This document shows positions 23,955 through 31,941 of a DNA stretch of 64,000 bases, one piece after another. Made by a program: the position numbers and the translations under genes. The stretch is from positions 24,676,001-24,740,000 of the forward strand of contig CM060732.1 in the NCBI GenBank assembly GCA_030704615.1, in the 5' to 3' direction. Each line of letters opens with the position of its first letter. Position 1 is the first letter of the stretch. The DNA is from Takakia lepidozioides. Its lineage: Eukaryota; Plantae; Bryophyta. The notes under the pieces are model-generated. The model saw only the letters and a list, made by a program, of their open reading frames with translations. It had not been told where the DNA came from and ran no database searches.

Positions 23955-25603
23955 CTATGCTGCAACCTCTTGAGCAGTACCCCCTTCCTGCTCAGTCAAT
24001 GACAAGGCCTCATCCTGCCCCATCATCTCATCATTGAGAACCTCCTCATCCCGAGAAGAATCCCCAACCTCATCCATCACAGCTGCCTTCGCTGCCAACT
24101 CCCTCTGAACCTCGAGCACCTCCCACATGTGCCATGGATGTCTACACCTCGTGGTCCTCACCGGCTCGCCCCCACTCGCTGCCTGTACCGTCTCGGTAGG
24201 CAGAGAGACCATCAAGGGAAGTGCACTCCGCACTCTACGTTGCTCAGCCATAGCCAAGCTGACAATCCAGGTCAAGCAATTGAGATCCATTGCTTGCCCC
24301 AACACCTGACGACGTGATGCCTCAGAAAGGAAGGCACCGCCGTGGTCCCAGTGGAAAACCCCATAGCCCGCTCTCGCTCGTCGGCATTAGGCTCCACTAA
24401 CTGCTGCAACTGAGCATCCCACAGGAGGCCAGGTCCACCATCCCGAAAAGCATGGGATCCTGGGAAGCTGAGCAGTGTAGGTAATGCTGCTCGTGGTTGA
24501 CCCACCCTGTTGACCACTGCCAAAGGCGAACGGTCATCGTGTCTCACACGTTGAGACTGCCTTCCTGTGTCCAAAATGCCATCCACGGTGAGGTGTGCTG
24601 GCCGCTGCACCCCATCAAATGCACGCTTGAGCAGTGCGGGTGGCATCAAGTTAGTCCACCATAGTCGTGGACGATGAGCCCGTGACCCCACTGCAGCTGC
24701 ATCCAGCAATACTGCTGACCCAAGCCACGACCGGACTTGATGCACACTGGCCATCACCCTGGCCCGAGAATCACCCATCAGTGGCACATTCTCCAAGATG
24801 TATGCCGGAGATACAGCCTGATGAAGCTGCAAGTGGCGCAAAATCCGCACCATCTCCCAAAACAGACCCGTCCTCGAGTCTCGCAATCCATTGCCATGCC
24901 CGGCTGATGAATGCCCTTGGCAGGGCCAACCTGCCACTACCAGATCAATGGAGCCAACCCGCTCCAAATCCTGCGCCCCCAGCAACGCAATGTCTGCTGG
25001 CAAGGCCTGCTGATATCCACGAACTGCAGACACCGGCAACAACTCAGGGTGCTGCTGCACCATCTGAGCAACATGGCGCAGTGAGACGCGTCGTGCAGTC
25101 TCATCCCTCTCCACATACAGGTAACGTCGTACTCGTACACCTGCCTGCAGCACTGCAGCCAATCCAGTGCTGATCCCGCCAAATAAGTCCAGAAGGCATA
25201 TGCCTTCATCCGGTCGCTGCCACACAAGAGGTGTGGTGTCCAATGGCGACAACTGAGGTGGCCCTGGTGCAATCACCGCACTCTCCTCCTCTCCTGACGG
25301 TACAAAAGCTTCTACCCAAGCTTGTTGCACCCGTCCATCAGCAGCGTGCTGCAAATCCTTGCTCGTACCCCACAACGGAGTGTGAGCAACCATGGCAGGC
25401 AACTCCGCCGTACCATGCATGTCATCCTGCTCTGCTGGAGGTGGCACATCCTCTGCATGGGCATTGCCTTCCAGCAACTCTCCAGGCCAACTGACTGCAG
25501 CTGTGAAGGCGGCTAGTGTTGGCATCTTGCCCCGCTGGCAGCTGCAATACCCCCAATGAATGTCACAGGGAGCTGTGCACGGCGACCATCCCCTGACTGC
25601 CAT
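23955..25603 (-). CDS. Retroelement-encoded DNMT3-like C5 cytosine DNA methyltransferase (1 bp frameshift near 24327) plus linker
   Basis: Motif I LLDLFGGISTG, II YVE, IV VAGWPCQGHS, VI ILENV, VIII AHRPRLWWTN and IX ERERAMGF. After the frameshift, motif X reads SRRQVLGQAMDLNCLTWI. Motif order is linear (not DRM-permuted). Confidence 0.9.
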
Positions 25604-26052
25604 CCAGGCCTGTAGGATGCTGACTCCTCCCAGAAATCCAGGGTGAAGCCCATGGGGTATAACACTGCCCCACCAACGAGGACATCGTAAGAGACCGCGT
25701 CTGTCACAATGGCCTTGGCTCGCATCACTGAGCCATCTACAGGATGATCCGGCTGCAGTCTAATAGCCAACTGATGCCGTGTCATGCCGCGAGCCTGCTC
25801 TGATCCTCCCAGAGATGTCTGTATCTGGAAAGGACAAGGCTCCATATCCGCCTCCATGAGGCCCAAACCTGCAATAGCAGCTCTGCCCAACATCAGTGGC
25901 TGAGCTCCTGAGTCCAACAAGACCCGCAGTGGCCGGTACTTCTTGCCTGCCGGTCCACTCAAAGTGAAAATGCCTCCCTGGTTGTCTAACAAGACAACTC
26001 CAGGTGTCACCATGGCGCGCTCAAAGGCTGGCCTAGCTGGCAGCTCCGTCAA
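25513..26052 (-). CDS. Retroelement aspartic protease
   Basis: VLLDSGAQ active-site motif and downstream YDVLVGG motif. Confidence 0.85.
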   Translation of the reverse strand: MTELPARPAFERAMVTPGVVLLDNQGGIFTLSGPAGKKYRPLRVLLDSGAQPLMLGRAAIAGLGLMEADMEPCPFQIQTSLGGSEQARGMTRHQLAIRLQPDHPVDGSVMRAKAIVTDAVSYDVLVGGAVLYPMGFTLDFWEESASYRPGWQSGDGRRAQLPVTFIGGIAAASGARCQH

Positions 26053-28158
26053 TGGCAGCTGCAGCTTGCCAGGGCGCTGCCGTGGCAGTCTTGACCCTCA
26101 AATCCGAGGATCCCTCTGCCACTACACCTTCCACTAACTCCGCAGAAGATGAAGTGACCTCTCCACTCTCGCAGAGTGTTGCTGCTAGTCTGAACACTGC
26201 AGCTGGTCTCACTCCCGGCGTCGCAATCATGGTCGCCGAGAACAGTGGGGCTTGACACACAGAGGTGGCTGCCCCCAATAACACACCGGCTGCACTAGCC
26301 TTGGTAGCAGGTGTCAGTGCTGCACGTGTAGCTCTCCCCAATGGCATAGTAACCTCCGCCTCGGTAACAGTCGGGCGAGAACTAGGTGCCATGGATGGCG
26401 TTGACACTGTCTCCGCCAAGGTGAATGACTGAGGCAGCCTTGCCTGACGGCTTGCCTCCCCACGTTGTGGATCCAATTCCACCTCTGCACCTCGTGGCTC
26501 AGGAACTCGTGTTGCTCCTCGAGTCACGGCTGCAGCAGACTCCACCTGCTCTAGTGGTAGTGCTGCTCCGCACATGAATCCCATGCCTCCCATATCTCCT
26601 CCCTCAGGAGCAGGAGGTGGACCATCCCGCCTGGGAGCCGGTACCGCCTGAGCTATAGCCATGGCAGCGAGCCTCTGCTCTAGCTGCTGAAGCCGATTGG
26701 CCATGCCTTGGTCAACACCTGACCTCCGCGTCCTTGGCCATGTGGAGCTTGCCCTTGGCCTGCACCTCGTGCCCGACCACCTCGTCCTCTTTGGGCTGGT
26801 CCACCTCGCCCCCGGCCACCATTGTTCCCTTGGAACTGGCCTGGGCGCAACTCAGGATGCAAGTCATAACACTGGGCATCTACATGCCCATACTTGCCAC
26901 AATGCCCACACTGCAACTGTGCAGGCTGTGCTTGTGCCGGCCTTCTGCCACTCTCTGGGCAATCTCTCTTGACATGGGGTCCTCCACATGTCCAACATAT
27001 CACCCCTGGTTGCTGTTGGCCTGCAAAAGATGCCACGGGCCTCTGCACCTGAGGTCCCCTGTAAGCTCCATGGAACTTGGGCTGGGCAACCTTGCCCCCC
27101 TGACCACGCTGTTGGGCAGTCCCTTGTGCTTGTGGGCTGACAGCTGTGCCCCGTACAGGCATGTCCTTACCAAATCCAATTGTAACAACTCGCTCCTCCA
27201 CCATGTTGAGCTCAATCCGCTCAGCCAGCAGAAACACATCTGCTAATGTGGGTTGGGCTGCTTGTAACAGGGTTGCATCTCGCACCCTTCTCTTGAGCTC
27301 CTTGTCCAGAATTCCATACCAAAACTGGATTGCCTGAGCTTCAGTAACCCCTTGGGTCACACTTATCAAGCGCCTCATACGAGTGTACGCCTCTCGCAGG
27401 CTCTCACTGGGTTTGCGCTGGAAGTCTTGCAAACTTCGCAGCTTCTCTGTCCGTACACCTTGGTAGTTCCTCCGCAACTCCTGGAAGAACTCCACCACCG
27501 GGTTGAATCTAGGCACATGTGTTGTAGCTGTGGCAGGAGGAGTAGTAGCACCTTCTGAACTGGTACCACCTGCAGAAGTACCAGCACTACCTGCTCCACT
27601 ACTAGTGCTGGCAGTGGGAGCTATTGGTACTGATGCAGCTACTGGTCGCGTCATGCCTCGAGTAATGGAGATGTAGTCAGGTGACCAATACATCCTCCAC
27701 TCCTCAATCTCTGCTTCATGTCCTCGCCTGAACTCGTGGTAATCGTCCATAGGCGGGCCTTCCAAATGCTGGAACAGTCCCTTCCACGCCATGAATGGGG
27801 TGAATAGATGTGGATTGCGCATCTGCTGCAAATCACACCAGCTGTCGAACTCCTGGATAAAGTCATCCAACTCGATTGTGCCCACAGCTCCAGAGTACCT
27901 ACGAGGCCCCTTGGTAGCTCCATACATCTCCTCCATGTCGTCCCACAACAATGGCGAATGAAAGTGCACACCTGTTGATGAAGCCTCCGAGCCTGTGTCT
28001 GACTCTACAGTAATTGAGGGTGGCGGTGAAGGTGGTCTGAACCGAATACCTCGTCTTGTGAACCCACTCTCACTGTTACTGCCTGTAGCCGTACTCCCCT
28101 CAAAACCCTTGGGTAACTCCGTAATGACACTCACAATGTGCACCTCCTCCAGTGACAC
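26033..28158 (-). CDS. Retroelement Gag with two zinc knuckles (frameshift near 26720) and an Ala-rich linker
   Basis: Capsid-like YSGAVG...DDFIQEF and LQDFQRKPSESLREAYTRM. Knuckles CWTCGGPHVKRDC and CGHCGKYGHVDAQC, then RGG repeats. Continues in ORF 26033-26704. Confidence 0.85.
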
Positions 28159-28671
28159 TATAAGGCTCTAGTACTAATCTAATAGTGACACGGGTGGGCA
28201 CCTGTTGCAGTCTAAAGGGTCATATCCCAGTGGCTCAGGGCACCTGCACCTGCATCCACCGCAAGAACTCCTATGGTTGGCTGGTCATCAACCCAGCCTC
28301 ACCATAGAAGAAACACTGGTGGTCTTGCTGGTCATCACTCCAGCCTCACCACCGACAGCATACTCTAGGATTGACCGGTGATCAAATCCGGCCTAATCCC
28401 TATGAAAGCAAGCGCCCACACAAAACCAACATGGCGCACAGTCAAGCATGCAGGTGTTGGGGGGGATCCAAACACAAGAAATCAAAACATCAACACCCCC
28501 ACACCAAAGTCCAGCAGCAACGCTGATCCTGCAGAATATCCCAGCCCAAAACCCCGGACTGACTGGCCTCCACCAAGAGAGGCTTTGGCAACTACAAGTA
28601 CAAGGTAATGAAAATAGTACAGAGATGGAGGGGAAGAATAGAAGCCCGACCAAGCAAGATCTAATCCTGAT

Positions 28672-29421
28672 CTATGCTATCAACTGCCAGACTTCTCTCA
28701 AAGTGCCTCGCTCTGCATGATGGTAAGGTGTAGGAGGTATATCTATGTCCAGAAACCTGCCACTAACCTTGTCCCAAGCTACAGTAGCTCGCTCTAACCA
28801 ACCCTCCTCCTCTTTCTGCCAGGTAGAGACAAAGCAATACTCCCCTATCTCCCGCTCACTGAACACTAAAGAAAACAAAGGTAGGGTCTGATAGTCTCTC
28901 AACTCGAAAGCTTTGAGACGGTTGCGGGTGTCCTCATTGCGAATGACTGCATCTCCTTCACGCACAACAAACATGTCATTGCTGATGAACCCCCGCTCGT
29001 GGTTGCCCTGTGCAGAGCGTATCCGGCTGCAACCATGTCTGATTGCACAAACTTGTGTAGCTCCTGCTCCTCTGCTCCAGTACACCACGGCCTTGTGGCT
29101 GAACACCTTGGTCCCCGGGGCTGTCTTTGGCTGTGTTCCAAGCCTAGCTTCCACCCACTTTGGTATTTCACCTACAGCTGCAGAACTGCTGGCTCCAACA
29201 GAGTTCTGACTGTCCAAGGCGATATTGAGGCCCTCAATGCCAACTACAGCAGTCTGTTGTCTACTGCTAATGCCTGACTCCCAGTATGCAATCAACTCGT
29301 CCAACTGTTCTCCACTCAAATCAGTCTGAGTTCCTTGGGAAACATAAATCCTGTCCCCTTGTGTGCACAGGCTAAGAGAAGAGACCTGCCCTTCAATTAC
29401 GTCCTCATTTCCCCCAGCCAT
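28672..29421 (-). CDS. Intact 249 aa ORF of unknown function upstream of gag
   Basis: ATG-initiated and uninterrupted, on the same strand as gag-pol and inside the element. No motif recognised. Confidence 0.5.
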   Translation of the reverse strand: MAGGNEDVIEGQVSSLSLCTQGDRIYVSQGTQTDLSGEQLDELIAYWESGISSRQQTAVVGIEGLNIALDSQNSVGASSSAAVGEIPKWVEARLGTQPKTAPGTKVFSHKAVVYWSRGAGATQVCAIRHGCSRIRSAQGNHERGFISNDMFVVREGDAVIRNEDTRNRLKAFELRDYQTLPLFSLVFSEREIGEYCFVSTWQKEEEGWLERATVAWDKVSGRFLDIDIPPTPYHHAERGTLREVWQLIA

Positions 29422-29995
29422 GCAAGGAGTACATCCACAGATTTGTCTCTCATATAGACCAGCACAGGTTCTAGAGACAGGATTGTGGATCTTTTATGGC
29501 ACACTCACACTCTAAAAATTCCATAGATTTTTAGCAGAGTCCCAAAAACAGAAACCAGGTCTAGGTAGGTAGATTTCCCCTTTCTGCAGCTATTCCCCCA
29601 AAAACTGAGTCAAACAGAGTCCATTTGACAAAGATATGACCAATTTGGCTCTAAATCATTTAAATTAGATCAAAAGAAAGGTTTTTTTTTTTTTTTTAAC
29701 GCCAAAACGTTCTCACCATTAAAAACTGTTCCCAGGTTATCTACAGGTTCCGAACATGTTCATGTAGTTCTCTGTTGTTTTGGGGTCGCCTCGCCATTAC
29801 CACGGAGCAGCTCGATTTGTTGGACTCCGATCGGCTTCTCCTCCATGATGGACCGCGTTGCCGCTTCGTCATCCCTCAGCTGCATTTGTTCAGGTGTCCG
29901 TCCCACATACTGATCATTGCTGACTCTCAGGTCGTTTCCCGTAAGTTCCAGCTCGCATGGAGGGAGATTACCGGCAGCCTGCACTTCAACTCGAC

Positions 29996-30280
29996 TGCCT
30001 CCCTGATACCATGCTGTGGATCTGACCAGTACTCAATGCTTCATGCAGACACATATTGATCCGCGTAGTCGGTCGCGAACGGCAAGTCCTCTACATCCCC
30101 TTCACTAATCGTGCACTCCTTGAGAGGTGCCTTCTCCTTTGCTTTAGCAAGCTGGTGAGGAGATTGATCCAGAATGCTCACATTCTTGGCATCCACAGTT
30201 TTTTCAATCCCCAATGTGGCGAATCCCGTGCCGCCACCAACATCTACCACCACCAAGGTAGGATCATCGAGGCAAATCTG
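29996..30280 (-). pseudogene. VTE3: Captured fragment of MPBQ/MSBQ methyltransferase (central part)
   Basis: LDDPTLVVVDVGGGTGFATLGIEKTVDAKNVSILDQSPHQLAKAKEKAPLKEC...DLPF.TDYAD.YVSA*SIEYWSDPQHGIREA, with a premature TGA at 30041-30043. Confidence 0.88.
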
Positions 30281-30320
30281 AAGTAAGTTAGGCTGTTTTT
30301 GAATTGGGTTTTGTTCAGCG

Positions 30321-30725
30321 ATGGCAATGGCTGCAAGGATGGCCGCACCATCGTTGCAATGGCAGTGGAAGCCGGTGACAGTTGTGGACAACCAACAAAG
30401 GCTTCGCTCTCGGGATATCCTGCAGGTTTGAGCTCATCATCATGCTTACATAGGTTAGCGTCGACAGGCTTGTTGCTCAGCGGGCAATTATAAGCCAAGA
30501 ACTGGAGCGTGCATGTGAGCAGAAGGAGAAACAGTAGCGATCTTCGATTGCGGGCTGTCAGTGCAGACCAAAGCGTCTCAAGGCCTGCGTCGCAGCTGCG
30601 GTTCATCCAGCACAAGCAGGAGGCATTCTGGTTTTACAGCTTAGTGTCTGTATTGTACGACCATATCATAAACCCTGGGCATTTGGGCGGAGGACATGCA
30701 GGAGGATACTCTAGAACCAGCAGAT
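30321..30725 (+). pseudogene. VTE3: Captured fragment of MPBQ/MSBQ methyltransferase (N-terminal part, inverted)
   Basis: RFIQHKQEAFWFY..VSVLYDHIINPGH-(frameshift)-WAEDMQEDTLEPAD, preceded by a decayed transit-peptide-like stretch from the ATG at 30321. Confidence 0.82.
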
Positions 30726-31578
30726 GGACCTCCACAGGAGCAACGGTGGCCAGAGCACATAGGAGAGCTTTAGCAAGCTTGGTGGAGCTGACAAAGTCAC
30801 CAACAATTATCATTGTCTGATTCTGTAGTTGCTGCAAGGGCCTCTCGTCGTCCAGTGGCCATGGCAACGGGAAATCTAATGGCATCCATTGCTGCTGCAG
30901 ATACTTAGTATCCAAGCCTCTGTGATCACATCTGCGCATAGGGGACGATGAAGGTCAGGCTTTTGCGAACAAGAGAGCAGGGAAGAAGAAACAGCTTCAA
31001 TTTCTTGCTTTATACTTAGGACCAGCCGATGGAGCTCCCTGCCCATTCTAGCCTGTACATCCTCGTCAGCATCGTTGCTGGAGGGCTCAACCCAAGCACC
31101 CAGTTGGAATGTGCGCTCAGCTATGACGTTGGCTTCCCCAGCAGCCCCTTCTCAGGAGAAGAGCCACAGTCCAGAAGCTTCGTGTGTTGATTCCCTGGAT
31201 TACTGGCCTGATAGCACTGTTTTTAACCCACACCTGCGTAAGGCAAGCTCGTCGCCGATGACACTGTGAACCTGACGAACTAATGCCGCCGGATCACTTA
31301 TCCAACAAGAGCGCATCTGCCTTTCGGAAGTGGAGACCCTTGATATATGCGTAAAGAACCACCGGTGCCTCCGACATAGGAAGGCCTTCGATCACATGCA
31401 AACTAGGGGCAGGCATAGGAAAACCAACGACAAGTTGATGATCAATCGCAAGGCTAGAATCTACCAGAGAAACCTGCAGCTCAAGTTTTAACCAACATAG
31501 AGCCCCCGTCTCTCTCTCTTTCAAAACAAAAACCACAAGTGCTAAAACTAAACTCACCTCTGGCACTCACAGATGCAA

Positions 31579-31595
31579 GCTCATCTTTCTCGAGT
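31579..31595 (-). other. Putative self-priming primer-binding site
   Basis: GCTCATCTTTCTCGAGT (31579-31595) is the exact reverse complement of ACTCGAGAAAGATGAGC (31775-31791) inside repeat B. It sits exactly at the B boundary, where a tRNA PBS (TGG...) is absent. Confidence 0.75.
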
Positions 31596-31941
31596 GATAA
31601 GAAAGCTAAGGACACACACGATGCAAAGCATGAAAACCAAAACCATCACTCTTTGAAATAGTAGTCGAGCCAGGGGCACCCCAAGCTATGGGGACTCCAC
31701 CCCACAACAACCTACACTCCCATCATAAGCACTCTCAATCCTAAACGATGCAGGAGCTCGGTCGCGCAGGCTCAACTCGAGAAAGATGAGCCGCGCGACT
31801 GCCTCTCTCGTGAAGATAAGACGGACCAGGTGTCAAACTAAACTTGACACCTGATTTAACACTTGACCTAAATCCAAGTGTTAAATACAAATAACTAGTT
31901 TTATTCTAGCTGTTTTCACACTGTGCTTATTTAACTTGACA
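31595..31941. repeat. Repeat B, terminal (5-prime) copy (347 bp)
   Basis: Identical by eye to 20125-20471. Ends in TTGACA, followed by the TSD ACCT. Confidence 0.95.

Larger units (their letters stand above)
20038..31941 (-). mobile_element. Gypsy-like retroelement with split direct repeats, a C5 DNA methyltransferase and a PHD-finger integrase (11.9 kb)
   Basis: Termini TGTC...GACA with a 4 bp TSD ACCT (20034-20037, 31942-31945). Repeats are A (20038-20125, 20474-20560) and B (20125-20471, 31595-31941). Domain order is gag-PR-DNMT-RT-RH-INT-PHD on the minus strand. Confidence 0.93.

Noticed and set aside
24272-25603. Bacterial restriction-modification methylase or contamination
   Set aside because: It is embedded between protease and RT of a retroelement with TSDs in intron-rich plant DNA, its motifs are DNMT3-like, and no endonuclease partner is present.
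20125-31941. Ordinary LTR retrotransposon with B as both LTRs
   Set aside because: No TSD flanks B...B (ACAA versus ACCT) and no PPT precedes the internal B. The TSD only appears when the outer A is included.
20038-31941. DIRS/Ngaro tyrosine-recombinase element
   Set aside because: No YR motifs were seen in any ORF. A full HHCC-DDE integrase and a 4 bp TSD are present.
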